This document shows positions 16,137 through 26,948 of a stretch of 64,000 bases of DNA, piece by piece (the stretch's first letter is position 1; each line of letters begins with the position of its first letter). The translations under genes and the position numbers were made by a program. Source of the DNA: an uncultured Bacillales bacterium. GTDB taxonomy: Bacteria > Bacillota_I > Bacilli_A > RF39 > UBA660. Where the stretch lies: the NCBI GenBank assembly GCA_945228905.1, contig CALYOH010000002.1, positions 3,706 through 67,705 on the forward strand, written 5' to 3'. The notes beneath the pieces were generated by a model that saw nothing but the letters and a program-made list of their open reading frames with translations, had not been told where the DNA came from and did not search any database.

Positions 16137-18548
16137 TTATTTAACTACTATATTAACTATTTTTCCCTTAATAACAATTACTTTAACTATCTCTTTACCT
16201 TCAATATGTTTCTTAACATTTTCACATTCCATAGCAGCACTAGTAATTGTATCTTCATTATCCTCAATACTAATTGTTATAGTTGCTCTTACTTTACCAT
16301 TTACTTGAACAGCTATTTCTTTAGTATTTTCAATTGTTTTTTCTTCATCATATATAGGCCATTCAGATTCACATATTGGTTTTTCACCAATCATCTCATT
16401 TAATTCCTCTGTAATATGAGGAGCAATTGGATTTAATAAGATTAATAGTAATCTATAATCATCTTTAGTAATAGATTCTAATTCATCATAAGCATTTGCT
16501 AAAATCATTAAACTAGATATTACAGTATTATATCCCATATGAGTCATATCATACTCAATCTTCTTAATAGTTTTATTTTGAAGAGATTCTAATGATTCAC
16601 TATATCCTTCAGAATCATTAAGCTTATCTTTTAATCTTTCTACTTTATCTAAGAATCTCTTACATCCTCTTAATGAATCAGTACTCCATGGAGCATCCAT
16701 TTGATAATCACCCATAAACATTTCATAAGTACGTAGTGTATCTGCTCCATATTCTTTAACAATATCATCAGGGTTAATAACATTACCTTTAGATTTACTC
16801 ATCTTTTGATTATCAGGACCTAAAACCATACCATGAGATACTCTAGTCCAAATCATTTCTTTATTTGGTACTAAACCAATATTATATAAGAATTGCACCC
16901 AGAACCTTGCATATAATAAGTGTCTAGCAGTATGTTCCATTCCACCATTATACCAATCAACTCTATTCCAATATTTCAAAGCATCCATTGAAGCGAATTC
17001 CTTTTCATTATGCGGATCCATAAATCTTAAGAAATACCAAGAAGATCCAGCCCAGTTAGGCATAGTATCTGTTTCTCTCTTAGCATCTTTTCCACACTTA
17101 GGGCATTTACAATTTACCCAATCAGTAATATTTGCAAGAGGACTTTCTCCATCTTCTGTTGGTTCATATTCAGCAACATCTGGTAATAATAATGGTAAAT
17201 CTTCTTCATTCATTGGAACCCAGCCACAGTCAGGACAGTTTACCATAGGAATTGGTTCACCCCAGAATCTTTGTCTTGAGAAAATCCAATCTCTCATCTT
17301 ATAATTATTAACTCTTTTACCAAATCCTCTTTCTTCAAGCATATTAGCAATTTCTTCTCTAGCTTTATCAACAGTCATACCATCAAATTCTTCTGAATTA
17401 ATCATTTTATAATCATGACCCATATATTCAGTCTTTTCAATAGCATGTTCTGAAATATCACCGCAATCAATTACTTGAATAATCTCAAGATTATGTTCTT
17501 TAGCATATTCAAAATCTCTTTGATCATGGCTTGGTACAGCCATAACAGCTCCAGTACCATAATCACCTAAAACAAAATCTCCTAAGAATATAGGAACTTC
17601 TTTTCCATTAACCGGATTAATTGCTTTAATACCTTTAACTTCAACACCAGATTTACCTTTATTAAGTTCAGTTCTATCCATTGCTGATTTTAATGAAGTT
17701 TCTTTAATATAAGCTTCTACTTCTTCTTTATTTTCTACTCTATCCATTAATTCTTTAATAAGTTTTCCATCAGGTGCAATTACAAAGAATGTAATACCAT
17801 AAATAGTTTCAGGACAAGTAGTAAATATACTAAACTTACCTCCACCAACTATATTAACATCTACTTCTACACCTTGACTCTTACCTATCCAATTAATTTG
17901 TCCAAGTTTTACTCTATCAGCAAAATTAGTATCATCTAATCCTTTTAATAAATCCTCAGAATAATCACTCATTCTAAGCATCCATTGACTCTTTTCTTTT
18001 TGTTCTACTTGTGAACCACATCTCTCACATACTCCACCAGCAGCATCTTCATTAGAAAGAACACTCTTACACTTAGGACACCAATTTACTGGAATAGTAT
18101 CCTTATATGCCATTCCGTGTTTATAAAATTGTAAGAATTGCCATTGAGTCCATTTGTAATATTCAGGATCAGTTGTTGAAAACTCACGATCCCAATCAAA
18201 TGAGAATCCAAGTGATTTCATTTGTCCTTTAAATGTTTCAATATTTTTCTTAACTGCTTCTTTTGGATGAATATGATTTTGAATTGCATATTGTTCAGCA
18301 GGAGCTCCAAAAGCATCCCATCCCATTGGATATAAAACATTATATCCTTGCATTCTCATCATTCTAGCTAAAGCATCTTGAGCAGTATAACTACGAACAT
18401 GTCCTACATGTAGTCCTGCTCCAGATGGATAAGGAAATTCAACTAATATGTAATAGGGTTTCTTATTACCTTCCATTTTAGCTTTAAAAGATTTTTTCTC
18501 ATCCCAATAATCTTGCCATTTCTTTTCAATTTTATTTATGTTTTCCAT
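16137..18548 (-). CDS. leuS: Leucyl-tRNA synthetase
   Basis: 803 aa. PYPSGAGLHVGHVRSY (HIGH-type) and QKMSKSKGN (KMSKS). Full-length similarity to bacterial LeuS by eye. Confidence 0.95.
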   Translation of the reverse strand: MENINKIEKKWQDYWDEKKSFKAKMEGNKKPYYILVEFPYPSGAGLHVGHVRSYTAQDALARMMRMQGYNVLYPMGWDAFGAPAEQYAIQNHIHPKEAVKKNIETFKGQMKSLGFSFDWDREFSTTDPEYYKWTQWQFLQFYKHGMAYKDTIPVNWCPKCKSVLSNEDAAGGVCERCGSQVEQKEKSQWMLRMSDYSEDLLKGLDDTNFADRVKLGQINWIGKSQGVEVDVNIVGGGKFSIFTTCPETIYGITFFVIAPDGKLIKELMDRVENKEEVEAYIKETSLKSAMDRTELNKGKSGVEVKGIKAINPVNGKEVPIFLGDFVLGDYGTGAVMAVPSHDQRDFEYAKEHNLEIIQVIDCGDISEHAIEKTEYMGHDYKMINSEEFDGMTVDKAREEIANMLEERGFGKRVNNYKMRDWIFSRQRFWGEPIPMVNCPDCGWVPMNEEDLPLLLPDVAEYEPTEDGESPLANITDWVNCKCPKCGKDAKRETDTMPNWAGSSWYFLRFMDPHNEKEFASMDALKYWNRVDWYNGGMEHTARHLLYARFWVQFLYNIGLVPNKEMIWTRVSHGMVLGPDNQKMSKSKGNVINPDDIVKEYGADTLRTYEMFMGDYQMDAPWSTDSLRGCKRFLDKVERLKDKLNDSEGYSESLESLQNKTIKKIEYDMTHMGYNTVISSLMILANAYDELESITKDDYRLLLILLNPIAPHITEELNEMIGEKPICESEWPIYDEEKTIENTKEIAVQVNGKVRATITISIEDNEDTITSAAMECENVKKHIEGKEIVKVIVIKGKIVNIVVK

Positions 18549-18906
18549 TCTTAATCATTCCCTTCTTCTTATAAAATAAATAAACTAAATGATAACTTAA
18601 TAATATAATCACAATAGCAGAACCAAACCCTACTAATAACTCGAGTAATAATCCATGAACATAAGCAACTAAACTAACAACTAAGGCAATATCTATACTA
18701 GAAACAATTCCACATATTTGTAATAATTGATTATAATCAACTTTCTTTAAATTTAAATTGTATCTAGCAACTAAATATCTAATTTCAATTATTTCTTTCT
18801 TCTCCTTATTCAGTTGTCTTTTCTTCTTCTGAGGAGAAATTATAAATATCTCATAAATAATTAAAACAAATATAAAAGTCATTAATATCAATACTAATTC
18901 TTCCAT
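18532..18906 (-). CDS. Small membrane protein (2-3 TM), first cistron of the T-box-controlled leuS operon
   Basis: GGAGGA-N4-ATG at 18906 immediately follows the T-box terminator. Hydrophobic N- and C-terminal segments. Overlaps the leuS start by 17 nt. Confidence 0.5.
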   Translation of the reverse strand: MEELVLILMTFIFVLIIYEIFIISPQKKKRQLNKEKKEIIEIRYLVARYNLNLKKVDYNQLLQICGIVSSIDIALVVSLVAYVHGLLLELLVGFGSAIVIILLSYHLVYLFYKKKGMIKNGKHK

Positions 18907-18916
18907 AAATTCCTCC

Positions 18917-19112
18917 AAAAAAAATAATCCATCCCATAAGGACGAATTATTCGCGGTACCACCTTAATTTATAAGTAAACTTATACTCTTTTAATCTATA
19001 ACGGAATTACCCAATTGTTCATAAGACAAGTTCATAAAACTATACTATCTATTTTCACCAACCATAGACTCTCTATCAGTAATCATTTTACTACTACTTC
19101 TCAGTCATCACA
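18917..19112 (-). promoter_or_regulatory. T-box leader (leucine-type by context)
   Basis: The reverse strand contains AGAGAG, GGTTGGTG and AAGGTGGTACCGCGAATAATTCGTCCTTATGGGATGGATTATTTTTTTT. The candidate specifier is CUU in GAACUUG. Confidence 0.85.
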
Positions 19113-19171
19113 AAATATAAGTTTATTATAACATAAATAATAAAAAAACCAATAAAAAAAGAAATATTTAT

Positions 19172-19900
19172 CTATTTCTTTTTCTTTTCATAAACTGATA
19201 GTAAATAATCACTAGATATATTAGAAACTATTGTTTCAAAATTTCCTTCTCTTTGATTAATAATATTCATTAATTCAATAGGATTAATATATGTAACAGT
19301 ATCAGTATCATTATGATATAGTACACCATCTGGATTCATTAATAAAACTGATCTCTTATCAGTATCAAAATTCTTAAATGGACCATCTTCTAAAGACATA
19401 TCAGTAATAACTTTTAGAAGTGCTTCTTTACTAATAAATGTTCCAATTAGAAAATCAACTACACTAGTTTCACCAAAAGCATCATAATCAGCATATTTAG
19501 CTAATTCTTTTAATGCTTTTTCTCCACCTTTAATAAACATCTCAATTAAGAAATCATAATAATTTAATAATTTTAATGAAATAGTCTCATAATCAATAAG
19601 AGGCATATCTACTGAATCAAACCAATTAGAACTATCATTATCATAGAATAATAAATATGAATATTTATTAACTACATTTAAAATAGTATTCTTCTCTTCT
19701 TCATCCATTTCATCTAATAAAGGAGATTCATAAAAGTCATTTAAATCACCTTTAACTAAATGTTCAAATAAAGCATCAGTAATAATAAAGTCTCTATCAC
19801 CATCATAATCTATTTCATCTGAATACTGCATAACAATTTCATTTTTGAGATTCTCAAATCTACCAATTTGTTGTGCAAGAACTTTATCATCAACTTTCAT
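19172..19900 (-). CDS. Acidic cytoplasmic protein, function unknown
   Basis: 242-aa ORF with no recognisable motif, 8 nt downstream of the GH31 gene. Confidence 0.4.
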   Translation of the reverse strand: MKVDDKVLAQQIGRFENLKNEIVMQYSDEIDYDGDRDFIITDALFEHLVKGDLNDFYESPLLDEMDEEEKNTILNVVNKYSYLLFYDNDSSNWFDSVDMPLIDYETISLKLLNYYDFLIEMFIKGGEKALKELAKYADYDAFGETSVVDFLIGTFISKEALLKVITDMSLEDGPFKNFDTDKRSVLLMNPDGVLYHNDTDTVTYINPIELMNIINQREGNFETIVSNISSDYLLSVYEKKKK

Positions 19901-19908
19901 AAAACCTC

Positions 19909-22329
19909 CTAGAATTCACCAATATAATCTAATAATTTCAAGAATAAATTGATATGATCTTTTTCAAGCCCATTCTTTTTCAACTTTCTAATGGCAATTC
20001 TTTTCTTATCCATTGGTAAATCACCAAATATTATTTTAGCAATATCTTCTTTCATATATGTATCAATCTTTAAGTCCATTAAGATACTATCTAAGTCATC
20101 ATTAATAAGTCTAACAGCGTCAATTTCAATATCTTTTCCTTTACAGTTAATTGTTAATTGTCCTATTGTAGGTACATCATTAACTTTAACTACGAAGTCA
20201 TTACCGTCTACATAGTTTTCACTCTCTAACTTATCAGAATTAAAGTAAATAGTAACGCTATCAGCTTGTTTAGTATTTCTAAATACCATCTTATAATTAC
20301 GTTTTTCAGGAACAATTCCACTCTTACCATCAACAGATCTAATAATAACAGTATAGTTATTACGTAAATAGTTATAGTCAATTGATGTTTTAAGGAAATA
20401 TCCCTCTCTATATAATGAAGTAACTCCATCATCTTCAAATAATGTATATGTATTAGATACTCCAGGGAATATCTGAATTTCTAAATCTGTTGGAAGGCCA
20501 ACATTATTGTAATCACTCTTATTAGAAAATGGAATAATTGAACCGGCATGAGCAAATACTGGATAATCATCCTCTTTAAAGAATGAAACATACTTTTTGT
20601 TTCCAGGAAATTTCTTACCTGTAACAAAGTCATACCAAATACCATCTGGAACAAAGAATCTATGAATAGTACGGTTCATTATAGGATCCTTTGGTTCTAG
20701 TATTGGACATACTAATAATTGAGATCCAAAATAGTATTGGTTTCTATATAATTCATCATCATATACCCACATATAGTTATAATAGAATGGTTGAATTACA
20801 GGAATACCTGATTTTGTATAATTATATGCTTCAGTATATAAATATGGAATTAATCTATGTCTTAATCTTAAATATTCAGCTGCGATATTTTCAACTTTAG
20901 CATTCCAAAGCCAAGGCTCCTTCTTATAATAACGACCTCTTGCTCCATGGAATCTTAATATTGGTCCAAAAGTACTCAATTGAATATATCTAATATATAG
21001 TTCTCCGTCTTCAACTCCACCATGGTTTCCACCAACATCATGACTCCACCATGAAACACCTATGTTAGCAGCATTTAAAATAGTAAAAGGTAATGCTTTT
21101 AAAGCAGCCCAACTAATTTCAGATGAGCCACCATATAATACTGGATATCTATGTGGAGCATAAATTCCACTTCTTGCTAAAATTAAAGGTCTCTTATTAC
21201 TATTTCTACCAGAATCTAAATACATATAATGATTTAATGCCCATAATTTAGAAACATCCATATTACCTTTAGAATCATTCCAAAAGAAATCTACTCCAAA
21301 TGTTTCAAGTGGGTGTAAAAACATCTTAAATAAAACATCTATATGTTTTGGATTATAAGGATCAAATTGAATAATATTAGGACTCTCTATACCTAAATAT
21401 TGACTAGCTTGAGGATAATATTGTTCAGATGGATATATTCCATTTGTAGGATTAACAACCAATCCAACACGTATTCCTCTTCTATGAAATTCATCAATCA
21501 TTGCTTTAGGATTCTTAATAACATCAGGATTAAAAGTAAATCCTGTTTTTAAAGCATTATTATCACTAACATTTCTAATATGCCAATCATGATCAAATAA
21601 CATAACAGAAAATGGTATGTGTTTTCTTTCAAAATTTCTAATTAAGTCATGAATACTATCATCATCATAAATAGTATTTCTACTCCACCAGTTTCCTAAA
21701 GCATATCTTGGAATCATAGCAGGAGCACCAGTCATTTTAAAATAATCAAATAATACTTGTTTAAAGTCCTTATCATACATAAATACATAAATATCAATAT
21801 GATTAGGAATAGCATCTCCTAAAGTACCATCTTCCATTATTGGCTTAGCATATGAATCATCTATTGTAGAAAAACCATCTAATGAATAAAGGCCCTTCTT
21901 TAAACTATCAGGAATATTAACATCTATAGATACTAAATTTCCCTTCATATTCTTGGCTTCTACATTACCATAGAACCAATCTTTACATCTATCTCTATCT
22001 TTACTTAATAAAGTAATTTTTAAATTTCTCATAGGATCAACCTTAGTACCTGTAAATGGTTGCCCTTTAATATAACTTAAAGCAAAATATTTTGTAGTAA
22101 TCTCAACTATATTAGCATCCTGACGCACTGAAAAGTCAGGAATACCTATATTCCTTTTTCTTATAATTTGAGTTGGTCTATCTTGGAATTGTCCAGCTGC
22201 CGAATACTCAAGTCTAACAATTCTCTCGCTAATAACTGATATTCGATAGTTTGTACCCTGTACCACGCACTTCTTATCACTTTTAGCCTTTGTATAATCT
22301 ACTTCAAATTGTTTTCCAAGCGGATACAT
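19909..22329 (-). CDS. Glycoside hydrolase family 31 (alpha-glucosidase/alpha-xylosidase-like)
   Basis: GVDFFWNDS and WWSHDVGG motifs, in an approximately 800-aa beta/alpha-barrel enzyme layout. Start set at ATG 22329 (AGAAGGTG-N7). Confidence 0.7.
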   Translation of the reverse strand: MYPLGKQFEVDYTKAKSDKKCVVQGTNYRISVISERIVRLEYSAAGQFQDRPTQIIRKRNIGIPDFSVRQDANIVEITTKYFALSYIKGQPFTGTKVDPMRNLKITLLSKDRDRCKDWFYGNVEAKNMKGNLVSIDVNIPDSLKKGLYSLDGFSTIDDSYAKPIMEDGTLGDAIPNHIDIYVFMYDKDFKQVLFDYFKMTGAPAMIPRYALGNWWSRNTIYDDDSIHDLIRNFERKHIPFSVMLFDHDWHIRNVSDNNALKTGFTFNPDVIKNPKAMIDEFHRRGIRVGLVVNPTNGIYPSEQYYPQASQYLGIESPNIIQFDPYNPKHIDVLFKMFLHPLETFGVDFFWNDSKGNMDVSKLWALNHYMYLDSGRNSNKRPLILARSGIYAPHRYPVLYGGSSEISWAALKALPFTILNAANIGVSWWSHDVGGNHGGVEDGELYIRYIQLSTFGPILRFHGARGRYYKKEPWLWNAKVENIAAEYLRLRHRLIPYLYTEAYNYTKSGIPVIQPFYYNYMWVYDDELYRNQYYFGSQLLVCPILEPKDPIMNRTIHRFFVPDGIWYDFVTGKKFPGNKKYVSFFKEDDYPVFAHAGSIIPFSNKSDYNNVGLPTDLEIQIFPGVSNTYTLFEDDGVTSLYREGYFLKTSIDYNYLRNNYTVIIRSVDGKSGIVPEKRNYKMVFRNTKQADSVTIYFNSDKLESENYVDGNDFVVKVNDVPTIGQLTINCKGKDIEIDAVRLINDDLDSILMDLKIDTYMKEDIAKIIFGDLPMDKKRIAIRKLKKNGLEKDHINLFLKLLDYIGEF

Positions 22330-22412
22330 ACTACGCACCTTCTTTTTACTCTAATAACATAATAACACACTTAAGAGAATAATTAAAGAAAAAAAAAGGA
22401 TGATTTCTCATC

Positions 22413-23225
22413 CTAATTTTCATGAGTTGTTCCTGAATTACTTTGTACAGCATTTTCCACATCATTAGATGCATTATTAAATACTATAGATTTCTTTACA
22501 GTTGTAATTGCAGGTAATGATTCTTCCCAATTACCAGCTTCAAGTACTTCAACAATACCCATTAAAATATGTTTATCATCTAATGTAGTAACATAGAAAT
22601 ACTTAGTAGTTGAACTAACTTTAATTCTATAAATCAAGAATTCCTCAGTACCATTATTTCTCTTTTCAGAATTTTCTACAGTATATCCAGACTTTTCCAT
22701 TTGTTTACTTAAAATAGTCAAATCATCTGAATATTTCTTATAAGTATCATTAGTAACATTAAATGAGAATGTATAGTTAGTATTATCACTAACATATAAT
22801 TTATTAGATTCGGTTGTATATCTTAATTTACCAGGAATAGTTACAGTATAATCACTCATAGTAACTTTAGAATCTTCTATAACTATTGGATCAGATGGAA
22901 CTTGAGGAGTATCAGGTTTTTTAGTAAGTGTAATAACAATTATTATTATTGATACAACTATTATTGAAATTAAACCAATATAAATAATTAAATCCATTGG
23001 TTTTAACTTCATCTTTCTCTTTTTCTTCTTTTTCTTAGGTTTTTTCTCAACAATATCTTCTTCTATTTGAGGAATATCATCTATAACAACTTCTTCTTTT
23101 GGATCTTCATAAGTTTCTTCTGCTTGTTCTTCTTCAACCATATCTTCATCATCAATATAACTACCACAGTTTAAACAATATTTGACTCCCGGCTTTAAGT
23201 CAGCACCACAGTTTTTACAAACCAT
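22413..23225 (-). CDS. Zinc-ribbon membrane protein
   Basis: MVCKNCGADLKPGVKYCLNCG (CxxC...CxxC), then an acidic linker, a lysine patch and a TM helix, then an extracellular domain. Confidence 0.55.
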   Translation of the reverse strand: MVCKNCGADLKPGVKYCLNCGSYIDDEDMVEEEQAEETYEDPKEEVVIDDIPQIEEDIVEKKPKKKKKKRKMKLKPMDLIIYIGLISIIVVSIIIIVITLTKKPDTPQVPSDPIVIEDSKVTMSDYTVTIPGKLRYTTESNKLYVSDNTNYTFSFNVTNDTYKKYSDDLTILSKQMEKSGYTVENSEKRNNGTEEFLIYRIKVSSTTKYFYVTTLDDKHILMGIVEVLEAGNWEESLPAITTVKKSIVFNNASNDVENAVQSNSGTTHEN

Positions 23226-23237
23226 TTTATCACCTCA

Positions 23238-24377
23238 CTATTTATCTAGAAAAATAACAAAGTATTCTTCCAATGACATATTATTATGATCATGACAATA
23301 TTTTGCAATATCTTTACCCACATATCTATAATGCCATGCTTCTGCTCTAAATCCAGTAAGATTTTCATCTCTCTTACTATACCTTTGAATAAACCCATAT
23401 TTATATGCATTATCTTGCATCCATTGATATTCTTTAGAATTTGCAAATATATTAACACTCTTACTACCAACATCTAATGCTAAACCTGTTTGATGTTCAG
23501 AATATCCAGGTTTCGCAACATACTTATCAACATATTCTTGACCATAATATTTTAAATATAAGTCAGACAAATCTTGTTGATCTTGATAACTTCTATAAGC
23601 AGAATTAATTATAATTCCATATCCTTCCTTAGTAGCAGCATCACTCATCTCTTTAAAAGCATTATATGCTATTCTACTAAGAAATATTTCTTTCTCACTT
23701 GCATATTCTAAACTAGCTTCAGTTAAATCATTTGGTTCAAAATCTTCACTTAAATGTCTATGTTTATTAATCAACATATCAGTAGAAAACTCTTCAACCA
23801 ATACTGAATCAGTATAATCTTCTTTATCTAAATTAAGATTAACCGCAATTACAGTATCAATCTCATTCTCACCAGTCTCATCAGAGTATGCTTCATATCT
23901 ATCATAATTTTCTAATTTAGCATAGTCAAGAGAAAAGAACTCTTCTAAGTAATTAACCTTGTCTCTTTTTGTAAACTCAGTAACACTCTCATCAGTACCA
24001 TGACTAAGAATTAAATTAATATCTGAATTACTATATCCTTTTTTAATGAGTCTATTTATATTCTTAATAATATTATCTTGTTTTACATAATTAATTTTAA
24101 CATATCTTTTAATATATTTTTCATTAAAATGTCTACTTTCAAAAGCAACATTTAAAGTCTTATTCTCTCCATATGATAAAACTTCATCTTTCTTAAAAGA
24201 GAACAATATATTATTACTAGAAACTTCACTATAACCAATCTTCTTAAGATCATTAATTTGTTTTCTATAAAATAGGAATATTGCCAAAAAAATACAAAGC
24301 ACTATTCCAATAACTTTAAGTACCCCTGCAAACTTAGGTTTTAGTTTTATACTCTTTACCTTTTTCAAGCATACCAC
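23238..24377 (-). CDS. M15B (VanY-type) D-alanyl-D-alanine carboxypeptidase, membrane anchored
   Basis: SAYRSYQDQ...KPGYSEHQTGLALDV...EAWHYRYVG motifs. N-terminal TM helix. The start codon is uncertain (GTG 24377 or TTG 24368). Confidence 0.75.
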   Translation of the reverse strand: MVCLKKVKSIKLKPKFAGVLKVIGIVLCIFLAIFLFYRKQINDLKKIGYSEVSSNNILFSFKKDEVLSYGENKTLNVAFESRHFNEKYIKRYVKINYVKQDNIIKNINRLIKKGYSNSDINLILSHGTDESVTEFTKRDKVNYLEEFFSLDYAKLENYDRYEAYSDETGENEIDTVIAVNLNLDKEDYTDSVLVEEFSTDMLINKHRHLSEDFEPNDLTEASLEYASEKEIFLSRIAYNAFKEMSDAATKEGYGIIINSAYRSYQDQQDLSDLYLKYYGQEYVDKYVAKPGYSEHQTGLALDVGSKSVNIFANSKEYQWMQDNAYKYGFIQRYSKRDENLTGFRAEAWHYRYVGKDIAKYCHDHNNMSLEEYFVIFLDK

Positions 24378-24530
24378 CTATTATTATAGTACCACATTTC
24401 ATTGTAAAAGACTATATTTTATGATATAATCAAAAAGATTTTTAAGGACGTATTATATAAAAACAAATGAATGTTAAATTATAACAAATGAATATATAAT
24501 ACATAAATTATAATTTAAGAAAGGAATACT

Positions 24531-25469
24531 ATGAATCCATTTAAATATACTAATACAAATAAAAGATATCATACTTTAGACTATTACTATAAAAAAAGAT
24601 TTAATGAAAAAGTATTTAAAGTTAGTTTAAACGCTGGATTTACCTGTCCAAATATGGATGGAACTAAAGGTAAAGGTGGCTGCATATACTGCTCTAAAAC
24701 AGGTAGTGGTGAATTTGCAGGTAATGTAAAAGACTCTTTAGAAAAACAATTTATAGAAATAAGAGATATAATGTTAAAGAAATGGCCTAAAGCTAAATAT
24801 ATAGGTTACTTTCAGGCAAGAACAAACACTTATGCACCAGTAGATAGATTAAAAGAATTATATGAAACAATATTAAAACAAAATAATGTTATAGGATTAA
24901 ATATCGCAACACGTCCAGATTCAATATCAGATGAATGTCTAGATTATTTAGAAGAATTAAATAAAAAGACATATTTAACTATAGAGTTAGGTCTACAAAC
25001 AACAAATGAAAAAACATCTATCTTAATTAATAGATGTCATACTTTAAAATGCTTTGAAGATATGGTAAAAGAATTAAGAAAAAGAAATATAGATGTAGTT
25101 GTCCATATAATTAATGGACTACCTAACGAAACTAAAGAAGACATGTTAAATACAGTAAAATACTTAAATAAATTAGATATACAAGGAATAAAAATACATA
25201 TGTTAAGTATTATAAAAGATACTAAATTATATAAAATGTATAAAGAAAAACCATTTAAAGTACTATCTAAAGAAGAATATATTGATATAGTAATAGATCA
25301 ATTAGAATTATTAAGACCAGAAATAGTAATTCATAGAATAACAGGAGATCCTAAATTAGATGAATTAGTTGAACCAGATTGGTTAGTTAAAAAGTTTTGT
25401 GTACTAAATGATATAGATAAAGAAATGGTAAAAAGAGATTCTTATCAAGGAAAAAAACTATATGAATGA
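24531..25469 (+). CDS. TIGR01212-type radical SAM protein (YhcC-like)
   Basis: FTCPNMDGTKGKGGCIYCS cysteine cluster in a 312-aa TIM-barrel-type layout. Confidence 0.75.
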   Translation: MNPFKYTNTNKRYHTLDYYYKKRFNEKVFKVSLNAGFTCPNMDGTKGKGGCIYCSKTGSGEFAGNVKDSLEKQFIEIRDIMLKKWPKAKYIGYFQARTNTYAPVDRLKELYETILKQNNVIGLNIATRPDSISDECLDYLEELNKKTYLTIELGLQTTNEKTSILINRCHTLKCFEDMVKELRKRNIDVVVHIINGLPNETKEDMLNTVKYLNKLDIQGIKIHMLSIIKDTKLYKMYKEKPFKVLSKEEYIDIVIDQLELLRPEIVIHRITGDPKLDELVEPDWLVKKFCVLNDIDKEMVKRDSYQGKKLYE

Positions 25470-25713
25470 AATATATTACTTAATAATAATTAATATAATA
25501 GAATTTATACTTATGGGATTAGATAAACTATTCTCAATTAAAAAGATGTATAGAATACCAGAAATAGTATTACTAATAATACCATTCTTAGGAGGAAGTA
25601 TTGGAGGAATACTTGGTATGTATATATTTAGACATAAAACAAAAAAATTAAAATTTAAATTATTATTCACACTATCATTAATAGTAAATGTACTGTACAT
25701 AATAATTGATTAA
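25462..25713 (+). CDS. DUF1294 membrane protein
   Basis: MGLDKLFSIKKMYRIPE...GGSIGGILGMYIFRHKTKK is characteristic of DUF1294. Overlaps the upstream gene by 8 nt. Confidence 0.65.
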   Translation: MNEIYYLIIINIIEFILMGLDKLFSIKKMYRIPEIVLLIIPFLGGSIGGILGMYIFRHKTKKLKFKLLFTLSLIVNVLYIIID

Positions 25714-25751
25714 AAAATATAAATTTGTTAATATTATAATAGGAGAAGAAT

Positions 25752-26921
25752 ATGAAAAAAACGAAGATTATAATATTAACATTTTTTGTTTTAGGTTTAA
25801 TTAGTATATCTACTGGACTAATTATAAATCAAGATGATATGTATTATAAAAACGTCCTAAAGGAATATACCAAATTAGTAGAAACAAATACTACTTCTAT
25901 TGACAGTCTAAATAAAATGGAAAAGAAAATTAATAGAATATCTAATACAGATAATAAAACTCTATTAATAGAAGACCTAAATAATTATAAAGAATATATT
26001 AATTATAAAAAGAAAATAGATAAATACTATAAAGCAAATATCTTAAAATCTAATATTACTGATGAAGAAATAAAAGATTTAAAGAATAATTATAATAATT
26101 TGTCTAATAGATATAAAAAAGAACTTAAAAAGACTATTAATGAAATAATAAAACAAAAAAATAATATAGATAATCTAAAAAATGATTTTAATAATCTATA
26201 TGAAAATAATTTACCTAAAGAAAATATAACAAAAGAAGATATTCAAAAATTAAAAGTAAAATTAAAAAATATACCACAAAAAGATATATATAAAGAATAT
26301 ACAAATAAAATTAATAATCTAGAAAAAGTAGTAGATGAAAGAATTGAAGCATCATGGGTAAGATTACATGTACCATATATAAGTCAAAATAAAAATAATA
26401 TATTAAATGGATGTGAAGCAGCATGTATGTTAATGGCTCTTCAATATAAAGGTTATTTAAAAGATATGTCATTAAAAGATTATGTTAAATTAATGCCTCT
26501 AAGTCCTGATACAGATGCAGAAAAAGGATTTACTCATGATATTTATAGTCTAGATCCATTAACAGTTCCACATTGGATAGCACCAGAACCATTAAAGAAG
26601 TTTGGTATAGATACTTCAGGCAATCAAAATATAATTAATGGTACAGGTATGAGTATTGATGATTTAGATAGAGAATTAGATAAAGGTAATCCAGTAATAA
26701 TTTACTTAATAGCAAAATTTAATCCACCTAAAGAAGTAGTTGAAGGAGTTCCAAGAAACTTACATGTAATGTTACTGACAGGATATAATAAAATGACAGG
26801 AGAACATTATATTGTAGATCCTTGGACACATGATGATGGAAGAATTAGTTGGACAGTTTCAAAAGAAATATTAACAGAAAAATATGAATTACTATCAAAA
26901 AGAAATGTAATTGTAAGATAA
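25752..26921 (+). CDS. Membrane-anchored peptidase_C39-like (YvpB/BtrH-type) protein
   Basis: N-terminal TM helix, an N/K-rich coiled coil, then VPYISQNKNNILNGCEAACMLMAL (papain-like Cys context). Confidence 0.55.
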   Translation: MKKTKIIILTFFVLGLISISTGLIINQDDMYYKNVLKEYTKLVETNTTSIDSLNKMEKKINRISNTDNKTLLIEDLNNYKEYINYKKKIDKYYKANILKSNITDEEIKDLKNNYNNLSNRYKKELKKTINEIIKQKNNIDNLKNDFNNLYENNLPKENITKEDIQKLKVKLKNIPQKDIYKEYTNKINNLEKVVDERIEASWVRLHVPYISQNKNNILNGCEAACMLMALQYKGYLKDMSLKDYVKLMPLSPDTDAEKGFTHDIYSLDPLTVPHWIAPEPLKKFGIDTSGNQNIINGTGMSIDDLDRELDKGNPVIIYLIAKFNPPKEVVEGVPRNLHVMLLTGYNKMTGEHYIVDPWTHDDGRISWTVSKEILTEKYELLSKRNVIVR

Positions 26922-26948
26922 AAAAAAGACATTATTTGATGTCTTTTT